A stretch of DNA of 43,571 nt from a virus (taxonomy: Duplodnaviria > Caudoviricetes): positions 1-43,571 of IMG/VR virus record IMGVR_UViG_3300033513_000021. One strand, given 5' to 3'. The first letter of the stretch is position 1, and every line of letters starts with the position of its first letter. A program made the position numbers and the translations under genes. This document shows, in pieces, positions 17,152-24,703 of this stretch. The notes beneath the pieces are model-generated. The model saw only the letters and a list, made by a program, of their open reading frames with translations. It did not search any database and was not told the DNA's origin.

Positions 17152-17322
17152 TTATCTCGCGACCCTGCGCGCGTCCAACTCTCTAAGTTCTTCGCGCCGT
17201 CGGTCATTATCATTCAGTCCAAGCGCCGACATACGCTTGATGTAGGTGATCTTGCCGATACGGCCTGCGAGGTAATCGTCCTCTATCCGCTCTTGTGCTA
17301 GTTCAAAGTCGGCCGGCGTCAT
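17152..17322 (-). CDS. Small hypothetical protein
   Basis: ATGA-coupled to the upstream peptide gene. Confidence 0.5.
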   Translation of the reverse strand: MTPADFELAQERIEDDYLAGRIGKITYIKRMSALGLNDNDRRREELRELDARRVAR

Positions 17323-17435
17323 GTCGAGTGTGCCAAAAACCAACCAAGCAGCACGATGACGAGCGCGAGGATCGGTGCCGACCAAAATTCAAGCGGCCCA
17401 ACTCTCGGCTCATAGCGCGGGTCCATCGGCTCCAT
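17319..17435 (-). CDS. 38-aa single-TM peptide
   Basis: AGGAG RBS; MEPMDPRYEPRVGPLEFWSAPILALVIVLLGWFLAHST. Confidence 0.55.
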   Translation of the reverse strand: MEPMDPRYEPRVGPLEFWSAPILALVIVLLGWFLAHST

Positions 17436-17445
17436 GATAAGTCTC

Positions 17446-18024
17446 CTACAGCTCTATCCCGCGCTCGCGCGCAATGATCGGCAGCTTCACCAGCCGCCAA
17501 GTTCGCTTGGGCACCGGCTTGATGCCTTCCTTTTCCATCGCAGCTTGGCGTTCGTTGTCGTTCTTGTAGCGCGGGCTTTCCTGAATCCTGAGCATAGCCC
17601 TGATCTGAATGTTGGTGAAGTTCAGCCGTTTCGCCGAGCCATTGATGATCGAGCGCTGCGCTAGCAAGAAGTTCCTGGCCGCCGCTTTGGCCGCGGGCCA
17701 GTCTCCTTTTGAAAGCAAACCTGCCGCGTCCACGACCATGCAGCCCTTGGCGTGGATGTCTCCGCGGGCCTCGAATAGGTCCGCCATGCGGCTATCGATG
17801 CGGCCGGTCGCCTTGGCCAAACAGCCCATGCGAGCGACGACGGCGGTATCCCCAGGGCGCAAATGATCGATGAAATGTTGCCGATGAATGTCCCGGCTCT
17901 CGACATACCATTCGTCGATCTTGTCGAAAAACTTGTGGATATCCGCGCGTTGTTCCGCTTCGCCGTATCCCGGCAAAGGGTTCACGTAGGCGCGTCGGGT
18001 CGGTTTTGTTGCTGTTTTTTGCAT
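17446..18024 (-). CDS. Serine-recombinase (resolvase)-fold protein with degenerate active site
   Basis: RAYV...EQ...LRPGDTAVVARMGCLAK...DL......I.AKG aligns with resolvase catalytic domains, but YARVS is replaced by YVNPL and LDRLxR by MGCLAK. Confidence 0.65.
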   Translation of the reverse strand: MQKTATKPTRRAYVNPLPGYGEAEQRADIHKFFDKIDEWYVESRDIHRQHFIDHLRPGDTAVVARMGCLAKATGRIDSRMADLFEARGDIHAKGCMVVDAAGLLSKGDWPAAKAAARNFLLAQRSIINGSAKRLNFTNIQIRAMLRIQESPRYKNDNERQAAMEKEGIKPVPKRTWRLVKLPIIARERGIEL

Positions 18025-18032
18025 CGGTACGC

Positions 18033-18078
18033 ACGATACAATTTAGGCCTGGACAAGTCAAGAGGATCGTGCTACTAA
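18033..18078. promoter_or_regulatory. Overlapping divergent sigma70-type promoters
   Basis: Plus strand TGGACA(18050)-17 nt-TACTAA(18073); minus strand TTGACT(18061)-17 nt-TATCGT(18038). Confidence 0.6.
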
Positions 18079-18148
18079 GCTTGCGGCGCGATTGCGAGGC
18101 AACAGGGAAACCTCCCGCGCCACAGTTAGGGAAGGCCGGAGAAACACC

Positions 18149-18337
18149 ATGGGCATTGCAATTCCCCGACCGCAGATGCGCAAGCGCGAACGCCGACAAA
18201 TCGAGGAACGGCTACGACGTCATGCCGAGTTGACCCGCCAATTTGAGTCGGAGGGCATGACCCGCGAAGAAGCGAGCCGCCGCGCTTTCTATCTCGTGAA
18301 GGCCGGAGTCAAAGCCGGCGACCAAATCTGCCCATAA
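18149..18337 (+). CDS. Hypothetical protein
   Basis: GGAG RBS before ATG 18149. Confidence 0.6.
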   Translation: MGIAIPRPQMRKRERRQIEERLRRHAELTRQFESEGMTREEASRRAFYLVKAGVKAGDQICP

Positions 18338-18358
18338 AAGATTGTCAAGGAACCCCCG

Positions 18359-18571
18359 ATGAAGCGGCTTACACTCAAAGACGCCAAGGCGTGCCCATTC
18401 TGCGGTGGCAAAGACTTTGAGACATTCGACATCGGCGGCGAATCCTATTTGACTATTCGGTGCAACGGGTGCGAAGCGGAAGGTCCGCAAGAGGACCACG
18501 ATGACGAAGCGCTTATCCACTCGGCGGTCCAACGATGGAACCGCAGAGCCGCAATGTCAGGAACGAGGTAA
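18359..18571 (+). CDS. Lar-family (restriction alleviation) Zn-finger protein
   Basis: KACPFCGG...IRCNGCEAEGP...AVQRWNRRA. Confidence 0.8.
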   Translation: MKRLTLKDAKACPFCGGKDFETFDIGGESYLTIRCNGCEAEGPQEDHDDEALIHSAVQRWNRRAAMSGTR

Positions 18572-18579
18572 AGCCCACG

Positions 18580-18723
18580 ATGCCGCGAGGACGATGGAAA
18601 CTAATAGGCATTGAGTTTCATCGCTGCTATCGCGAGGGCGCGACATGGCTAGACTCATCCGGCGGCGATCACTACCTCGATCATTGGGGCTGGTTCAGCC
18701 TCGAATATCGTCGCAGGCGTTGA
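18580..18723 (+). CDS. Small hypothetical protein
   Basis: GAGGT RBS; 47 aa. Confidence 0.45.
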   Translation: MPRGRWKLIGIEFHRCYREGATWLDSSGGDHYLDHWGWFSLEYRRRR

Positions 18724-18737
18724 AGGAGAAGCCCGCT

Positions 18738-18950
18738 ATGTTGAACCAAGCTCCATACGAGTGGACCATTCGTCAGCTTCTCAGGCACGCCGAGGAAGGG
18801 CCGCACGCACAGGTCAAAGGCGGCGATTGGGAGCCAGCGCGGCCATTCGGAATGTTCTCGCTGCGATCGCGCCTGCGTCTGGCTTGGGCGGTGTTTACCG
18901 GACGTGCCGATGCTTTGTTTTGGCCGTTCCAAAACCCCAAAGCATATTAG
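18738..18950 (+). CDS. Hypothetical protein
   Basis: AAGGAG RBS; W.PARP...RL.LAW.VFTG.ADAL.W motif. Confidence 0.65.
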   Translation: MLNQAPYEWTIRQLLRHAEEGPHAQVKGGDWEPARPFGMFSLRSRLRLAWAVFTGRADALFWPFQNPKAY

Positions 18951-18968
18951 CAAGGAAGGCCGCTACTA

Positions 18969-19280
18969 TTATCGCGGCGTAACTGTGCTTTTGATCGCCT
19001 GCACGGCTGGCAAGATCATATCTACCTTGGTTTCAACTCGCGTAAGGCGCTCACTAAGTTCGTTCTGCGTTCGCGCATTGGTCCGCGCGGTAGTCCTGAT
19101 GGCTTCGATCGCCGATGCCTGCTGCAGACTGACGGAGTTCTGCGCCTGGATATCGGATTCCATCTTCATGAAGCCGCCGACGACGCCGACGACCAATAAT
19201 AGGACCTGGAGCAGCATCAGGATCGTTGCTGGTCCCGCTTCCCATTTCCAAGTGATCGTCGGCATCGGCATTTGGCTCAC
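18969..19280 (-). CDS. Single-TM coiled-coil protein of the lysis cassette
   Basis: One TM helix followed by a heptad-rich segment (RLTRVETKVD); last late gene. Confidence 0.65.
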   Translation of the reverse strand: MSQMPMPTITWKWEAGPATILMLLQVLLLVVGVVGGFMKMESDIQAQNSVSLQQASAIEAIRTTARTNARTQNELSERLTRVETKVDMILPAVQAIKSTVTPR

Positions 19281-19326
19281 ATAAGATATTGAAGCGATGC
19301 GGCGCTAATTGCCGCCCTCTCGATAT

Positions 19327-20322
19327 CTAGTATTTGAGCGTGAAGCTTACGAGAGCCGCATTGCCCATGTGCACCGTCGCGGGGCCTACCGACAATCCAT
19401 TGCTCTGCATGACCCACTGCGCGGCCATATCGGCAACGACGCCGTTGCTGAGGCGGCTTTCCAGACCGATGCCGATGCCGGGGGCAAACAGCCATTGCTG
19501 GTTCTGGTCGAGACCGAATTGAGCGCTCACGTCCTGCTCGTGCGCGGACACAAACAGGAACGGATAGCTCGGGCCTTGGGTAACGCCGGCGGGGAGAGCA
19601 GGTAGCGACGGCACTGAGAGGCCGCTTGAGAAGCCGGGGAACATATTGAGCATCGACGAGATCGGGCTGCCGAAGCCGACGCGCTGCTCGAAGTGAGCTG
19701 GTCCGGTCATCGAGAAACCGTTCTGGTTTCCGTTGATGTTCGCCCAATCGAAGTTGCCCTCGACAAACCAGAAATTGCCTGGGGTGGTGCCGATCGGGCA
19801 GCCGTAGCCGACGGTCACGCCCACATCGCCCTGGATGACTGAGGCGCCGGGAGGGCCGCCGTCCACTGAGCCAGCCGATCCCATGGTGTTGAGCCCGAAG
19901 TAAGGGCCGCAACCGCCGCTGACATAGCCGGTCAGGAGATTCGGGGGCGCCTTGAGCACTGGCGCGGCCAGATCGGCAGCTCGCGCACCAGGCGCGAGGA
20001 TCATCAGCAGCAGCCCAGCCAGGATGAAGATCGCGATCGCAGAAGTCGAGGAGCGTTTCACATTAGCCTCCGGTAGTTTTGCGGGCGCACCTGGCCCGAG
20101 GGGAAAGCTCGCCAGCGCGGCCGGCGTGCTCTTGGACGGAATTGCATGCAGCACGCCGTTGACCGCGTTGCCGACGGTCATCAGCATATAGGCCACGGCC
20201 AGGATGATCGCCGTTGCGTGTGCGCCAAAAACGGTGGTGAATTGATCGCTAAAGCCGCCGAGCACGCCGATCACGGCGAGCCCGATGCTCATGTACATGC
20301 CGACACGCGGGTCGATGGTCAT
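19327..20322 (-). CDS. Holin-like 2-TM domain fused to signal peptide plus Omp25/RopB-like outer-membrane beta-barrel; in-frame internal GTG start at 20061
   Basis: Two TM helices; linker; MKRSSTSAIAIFILAGLLLMILAPGARA|ADLAAPVLKAPP; amphipathic beta strands; C-terminal VSFTLKY; GGAGG-5 nt-GTG at 20061. Confidence 0.75.
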   Translation of the reverse strand: MTIDPRVGMYMSIGLAVIGVLGGFSDQFTTVFGAHATAIILAVAYMLMTVGNAVNGVLHAIPSKSTPAALASFPLGPGAPAKLPEANVKRSSTSAIAIFILAGLLLMILAPGARAADLAAPVLKAPPNLLTGYVSGGCGPYFGLNTMGSAGSVDGGPPGASVIQGDVGVTVGYGCPIGTTPGNFWFVEGNFDWANINGNQNGFSMTGPAHFEQRVGFGSPISSMLNMFPGFSSGLSVPSLPALPAGVTQGPSYPFLFVSAHEQDVSAQFGLDQNQQWLFAPGIGIGLESRLSNGVVADMAAQWVMQSNGLSVGPATVHMGNAALVSFTLKY

Positions 20323-20891
20323 TTTGCTTCTCCGATGGGTTCGCTGGTAATGCGCTGGATATTGAGCAGCAACCCGGCGCACCCGAGCTGGCTGTCGATG
20401 ACATCGGGGTCGTAGTGATGATCTCGCGTGAACTTGCCTGATCTGTAAACGTCAGTGCCAGACCAGATATATGGGCTCGGAACGCCGCGCCAGAAATAGC
20501 CGAGGCCGTTGTAGCGCTCAAGCAACGTCAGCGTGCCACCGATCGACCAATCGGTCCATTTAGCCGCATAAGGCGAGCAGTTGACCAGGGCGTCGTATCC
20601 GGCCTCTTGCCATGACTTGAACGGCCCGCGGCCGGCTGGTTCATGGACCGAGACATGATGCCAGGAATCGCCCTGCGCAATGCTTGCGTCCCAATTTTGG
20701 CTCGCCTCGCGCTCATGGATCACGGCGATGACATACCATGGCACTTCGGTCGCGTCCGAAAGTTCCTGATATTGAGCGCGTGCTTGGTCGGCGCATAGCC
20801 GGAGTGCCACGGTGCCGAAACCGACGCCGGTCACATGCGCTGTGGCCCAGCGTTTGGCATTGGCTTCGATGAGTTGTGAGAAATCTATCAT
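20319..20891 (-). CDS. Endolysin (lysozyme-like, COG5526-type)
   Basis: VPWYVIAVIHEREAS...GRGPF.SW...LERYNGLGY...SPYIWSGT..Y..GKF..D...D.QLGCAGLL. Confidence 0.9.
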   Translation of the reverse strand: MIDFSQLIEANAKRWATAHVTGVGFGTVALRLCADQARAQYQELSDATEVPWYVIAVIHEREASQNWDASIAQGDSWHHVSVHEPAGRGPFKSWQEAGYDALVNCSPYAAKWTDWSIGGTLTLLERYNGLGYFWRGVPSPYIWSGTDVYRSGKFTRDHHYDPDVIDSQLGCAGLLLNIQRITSEPIGEAK

Positions 20892-20901
20892 TCGACGCCT
20901 T

Positions 20902-21141
20902 TCATAGCCCAAAAGTGTGCCAAAAAAGCCAATTGCCTAGACGGCAGCGACCATCGGCTTGTGGCAGCCAATGCCCAACGATTTTCCCCCCTTCATAAGG
21001 CCAAAGTGCTACGCATTCGTTTCCGCTTCGCGCGATGATATAATCCCCGTGTCGGTAGTTCGCAAAAAGACAACCAGCCGCGAATGACGCGAGCATCATT
21101 GCGAACGCCCCGGAAATCATTGCGAGATTACGGAGGCCCAT
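20902..21141 (-). CDS. Small membrane/exported hypothetical protein
   Basis: Hydrophobic N-terminus (AMMLASFAAGCLF); low GC like the adjacent fibre tip; start uncertain. Confidence 0.45.
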   Translation of the reverse strand: MGLRNLAMISGAFAMMLASFAAGCLFANYRHGDYIIARSGNECVALWPYEGGKIVGHWLPQADGRCRLGNWLFWHTFGL

Positions 21142-23206
21142 TAGACGTTACCGTTACCTTTGTCCCCGGAGTTCCGGCGGTTATATTAGTTGCATTTGTG
21201 ACGGTATTAAACGCAACATAGCCGTGGTCATCGTCTGTTTGGGTCACGATGCCGTTCGTCACCGTCCCCGCATCGGTGCAGTTATTGGTGGTGATACTAA
21301 ATGTAGAAACGCCGTCAATTTGGATACAACTGCCGGCATTTGTCCCGCGAATGACGTTGTTTGAAACCACAAGGTTGTAAATCCATACCGTGGGCCCCGA
21401 GATTGCCTGCGTCTCAAAGAAGCTGCTGGCGGACCCCCCTCCACCTTCATTTCCGGACACTATGACGTTTATAAGTGTGGAGTCTGTTGTAGTAGATGCG
21501 TCAGGCTGAATGAGAACGCAGATCGTTCCGCATCCCTCTATGGAATTTCCCTGTATTTGTAAATCGCTCATGGTGTGGTGAGACAGCAACGGCTTGGCAA
21601 ATATGCCAAAATCGTATTGATTGAATTTGTTGTTTGTAATTTTCCAGCCGCCACCGCTTATTAAGGAAAATCCAGTTCCGCCAACAACGGTCTGTAGCAA
21701 AAAATTATGATCGAACCAATTATCCCCGGCGTCTGGATTTACCGGAGATTCAGAGATTACGCATGTTGAGCAATCGTAGAAAAAGCTATCTGTAATGCGT
21801 GTGCCGCCTGCATTGTATAAGTGAATAGGGGTGGCACCTTGCGCAAAAGTTACAGTCCTGATCTCTGTTCGCTGCGGCCCATTGGTGGCATTACCGAGAG
21901 AAAGACAAACTCCAGTTGAAGCGTTGCAAGAAATCTTGAATGTCTTGAACGATAATATGGCGTTATTCGTCGTATCGGAAATGCCGTCTCCGGAAAAAGA
22001 CAGCTCCGAACCCTCGCGCGATATTCCCTCCATGGAAAGTTGCGTGATAGAGCCTAGTGACAGCGCGGACGTGGCATTGAAATTGCCAATAGGAATTATG
22101 GCCTTTCCAGACGCCGCTCCGGCTGCTGTAATCCAGTTCGATTCGGCCGTTGAATTATCGGTTACTCCGTCGCCGACGCCACCAAAATCGTCAAGCCAGA
22201 ATTGCAAATGCGAGGTGCATTTCCATCCGGTGCTTGCTCGCGTCCAAGTCTGTCCTGTCGTGGATGAACACACATTATCAAACCATGCAGAAGCAGCAGT
22301 CGGAGCAGACGCCCCGCCAGAGCCCGGAAATACTGGAATCTGATTCGCCGTAGCCGCTGATTGATCGCCGCCGAGACCGCCATTCGCCAATGGCAATGTG
22401 CCGCTGACGCCGGTGCCTAGCGGAAGTCCTGTGGCATTGCCCAGCGAACCGCTCGACGGCGTGCCGAGGGCGCCGCCATTGATGACAGGGGAACCAGCCG
22501 TGCCGACATTGACACCAAGGGCCGTGGCGACCCCGGTTCCTAGCCCGGAGACGCCAGTAGAGATTGGCAATCCTGTGGCATTGGTCATCGTACCGCTCGA
22601 CGGCGTGCCGAGCGCACCGCCGTTGATTACGGGAGAGCCTGCGGTTCCTACGTTGATGCCCAGCGCCGTGGCAACATTGGCACCTAATCCGGATACGCCC
22701 GTCGATATAGGAAGCCCTGTAGCGTTGGTAAGGACGCCGGCGGATGGTGTCCCAAGATTAGGGGTTATGAAAGTCGGAGACGTTTGCAGCAGGATAACAT
22801 TGCCGGTTCCGCTAAATGCACTGACTGAATTGCCATTGACCTTCCAGACGTTCCCGGTGCCGGCGGTGTCGAATGTTTTGTTGGTGAAAACGTCCGTGGT
22901 CGCCTTGCCGACAAGTGTGTCAGTCAAATCTGGCAGTGTCAGTATCTGTGTGCCAAGCGCGCCTGTCGGCGGCTGCAGCGTAATCGATCCACTCGTCGTA
23001 TTGATGAATCCGATTGAATTGACGGCGGAAAGAATAACATCTCCCAACTGTGTCAGAGGAACGGCGTTCGGCGGACCTGGGTTGTTATTGCCAATTCTAC
23101 CTAGAACCGTATTCGGCGGGATGTACGGATAAACCTGCGCCTGCGCGATTGTCGCGCAAACGACGTAAGAGATCGCGGCGGCAAAAATCCGAGCTAGATT
23201 GCGCAT
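21128..23206 (-). CDS. Tail fibre/tailspike with C-terminal right-handed beta-helix (pectate-lyase-3-like) and N-terminal signal peptide
   Basis: DDFGGVGDGVTDNSTA beta-helix start; N/I-rich rungs; G/T/S-rich shaft; N-terminus MRNLARIFAAAISYVVCATIAQA|QVYP. Confidence 0.8.
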   Translation of the reverse strand: MRNLARIFAAAISYVVCATIAQAQVYPYIPPNTVLGRIGNNNPGPPNAVPLTQLGDVILSAVNSIGFINTTSGSITLQPPTGALGTQILTLPDLTDTLVGKATTDVFTNKTFDTAGTGNVWKVNGNSVSAFSGTGNVILLQTSPTFITPNLGTPSAGVLTNATGLPISTGVSGLGANVATALGINVGTAGSPVINGGALGTPSSGTMTNATGLPISTGVSGLGTGVATALGVNVGTAGSPVINGGALGTPSSGSLGNATGLPLGTGVSGTLPLANGGLGGDQSAATANQIPVFPGSGGASAPTAASAWFDNVCSSTTGQTWTRASTGWKCTSHLQFWLDDFGGVGDGVTDNSTAESNWITAAGAASGKAIIPIGNFNATSALSLGSITQLSMEGISREGSELSFSGDGISDTTNNAILSFKTFKISCNASTGVCLSLGNATNGPQRTEIRTVTFAQGATPIHLYNAGGTRITDSFFYDCSTCVISESPVNPDAGDNWFDHNFLLQTVVGGTGFSLISGGGWKITNNKFNQYDFGIFAKPLLSHHTMSDLQIQGNSIEGCGTICVLIQPDASTTTDSTLINVIVSGNEGGGGSASSFFETQAISGPTVWIYNLVVSNNVIRGTNAGSCIQIDGVSTFSITTNNCTDAGTVTNGIVTQTDDDHGYVAFNTVTNATNITAGTPGTKVTVTSNGPP
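22395..22760 (-). repeat. ~2.5 tandem 48-aa (144-nt) repeats in the fibre shaft
   Basis: TPSxGxxxNATGLPISTGVSGLGxxVATALGxNVGTAGSPVINGGALG; the DNA anchor GCTCGACGGCGTGCCGAG occurs at 22451 and 22595. Confidence 0.85.
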
Positions 23207-23229
23207 AGGTTTACCATCATTTGATTCCT

Positions 23230-23448
23230 CTATTTCTGTGACGGCGGGATCGGTTCGTTTTTCTTGATCTGCGCAGCCCGAAGCGCCGCCTCAGCCTTAC
23301 CGGCGCGCTCCTTCCAGTAGTTGGCGATCTGCACCAGCGCCACGATCTCCTGCGCCGCGGCCATGCCATTCGCGTTTGCATCGGGGATATTCTGCGCCGC
23401 CGCAGAAAACGGCAACGAGATAAGTGTAACGATCATCAGCTTTTTCAT
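23230..23448 (-). CDS. Small exported protein (signal peptide plus short helix)
   Basis: MKKLMIVTLISLPFSAAA|QNIP; AGGAG RBS. Confidence 0.7.
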   Translation of the reverse strand: MKKLMIVTLISLPFSAAAQNIPDANANGMAAAQEIVALVQIANYWKERAGKAEAALRAAQIKKNEPIPPSQK

Positions 23449-23457
23449 GACATTCTC

Positions 23458-24660
23458 CTAGAAGCAGGCCCAGCCGCCGCCGTTGAAGAAGACAGGAAAA
23501 ACGCCGCTGCCGCCTGCCGTTGGCGGCGCGTTCGCCGTGCAAGCGCTGGCGTCGTTCACGAATGCGATATTGCCGCCGCCCGTCGTTCCAGCCGGCAACG
23601 ACGATATCGCAACTGGCTTGTAATAAATAACGCCGGCCGCACCCGCAAAAATGACAACGCTATCGGTCAAGTCGGCTTGGTTATTACGAAAGAAAAACGC
23701 GCCGGTCTGACCAGCCAGCGTGCCGCCGGTGAAGATGATGCCGTGATCCGAGCCGCCGCCGGTGATGTAGAACGCATCGCTAAGCGATCCGGTGATACCG
23801 TAGTCGGTGTTCAGCGACGCGGTGGTCGCAAACCCGATTGCCGTTGCTTTCACCAGGCTGTTGCCGGCGAGATCGACGCCGATGCCAAACTGGCCTGAAA
23901 GCTTAATCGCCCAATCGGGGGCGTAGGGCGGATTCGACGGGCTGACTGGTGCGTTGATGAAAATGCCGTCCATCTCCGCGCCGGTGACTTCCTTATCGAG
24001 ATTGAGCGACAATCCGATATAGGGAGCGGGAACCGTATCGATCGTGGCCGTGATGGCGATGCCTTGCGAATATTGCCCATTGTGCTGAGCGATCGAGGCG
24101 CCGAAGCAATGGCTACCGCCGAACGCAGAGCTGTCGGCGAAGCTCTGGTTCGAGTCCATGTTGCATTCATAGCCGCCAAGACCACCTTTGGTTCCCGAAG
24201 GAACCGGAGAGCCAAGATCGCCGAGCTTCAAATTGTAGGCGGTGTAGAACGAGCTGGAATCGGTCAGGGAACCGAATGTGGTCTGCACCCAGACACCGAC
24301 GCGGTGGCTGTCGCTCGCGGTGGCGTTAAATATGGCGAGCGCGTTGCCGTTCAGCGTTTCCTCGCCGCTGCGGTTCGGATTGAGGTTCAGCAGCCCGGTA
24401 TCGGCGAGGTTCTTGCCAAGACCATCCGCGAAGGTCACCACGTCGTATTGCGTGGCCGAGGGGGCACCGACCGCCAAGCTGTCAAAGCCCGAGGGGATGA
24501 TCCGGGTAATCGGGATCGCCTGCGGCGGCCCCGACCCGGCGCTTCCCAGCCGCCCGAGGACGGTGTTCGCCGGAATAGTCGGGTAGACCTGGGCATTTGT
24601 TTCGACGGCCATGGCCAGGAGCGCGACCGCAACGGCGAAAAATGAGAGGGCTTTTCGCAT
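23458..24660 (-). CDS. Second fibre/spike-like beta-rich protein with N-terminal signal peptide
   Basis: MRKALSFFAVAVALLAMAVETNA|QVYP; shares its N-terminal module with 21128..23206; C-terminal AFVND...GGG...PVFFNG..W fibre-tip motif. Confidence 0.7.
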   Translation of the reverse strand: MRKALSFFAVAVALLAMAVETNAQVYPTIPANTVLGRLGSAGSGPPQAIPITRIIPSGFDSLAVGAPSATQYDVVTFADGLGKNLADTGLLNLNPNRSGEETLNGNALAIFNATASDSHRVGVWVQTTFGSLTDSSSFYTAYNLKLGDLGSPVPSGTKGGLGGYECNMDSNQSFADSSAFGGSHCFGASIAQHNGQYSQGIAITATIDTVPAPYIGLSLNLDKEVTGAEMDGIFINAPVSPSNPPYAPDWAIKLSGQFGIGVDLAGNSLVKATAIGFATTASLNTDYGITGSLSDAFYITGGGSDHGIIFTGGTLAGQTGAFFFRNNQADLTDSVVIFAGAAGVIYYKPVAISSLPAGTTGGGNIAFVNDASACTANAPPTAGGSGVFPVFFNGGGWACF

Positions 24661-24691
24661 GGTGGACTACCTTTTCGGGGCTGTTACCTAG

Positions 24692-24703
24692 CCGCAACGC
24701 ACT
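24692..24703 (-). promoter_or_regulatory. Putative late promoter element AGTGCGTTGCGG (copy 3) heading the fibre/lysis operon
   Basis: Ends 32 nt upstream of ATG 24660, which lacks a Shine-Dalgarno sequence. Confidence 0.65.

Noticed and set aside
20902-21141. o-spanin lipoprotein (FAAGC)
   Set aside because: Weak lipobox, uncertain start and n-region, not Pro-rich, and no adjacent i-spanin; kept only as hypothetical.
22395-22760. Repeats in the fibre gene as DGR template/variable repeats or a CRISPR array
   Set aside because: They are in-frame protein repeats with mostly synonymous differences; there is no reverse transcriptase, adenine-specific variation, spacers or cas genes.
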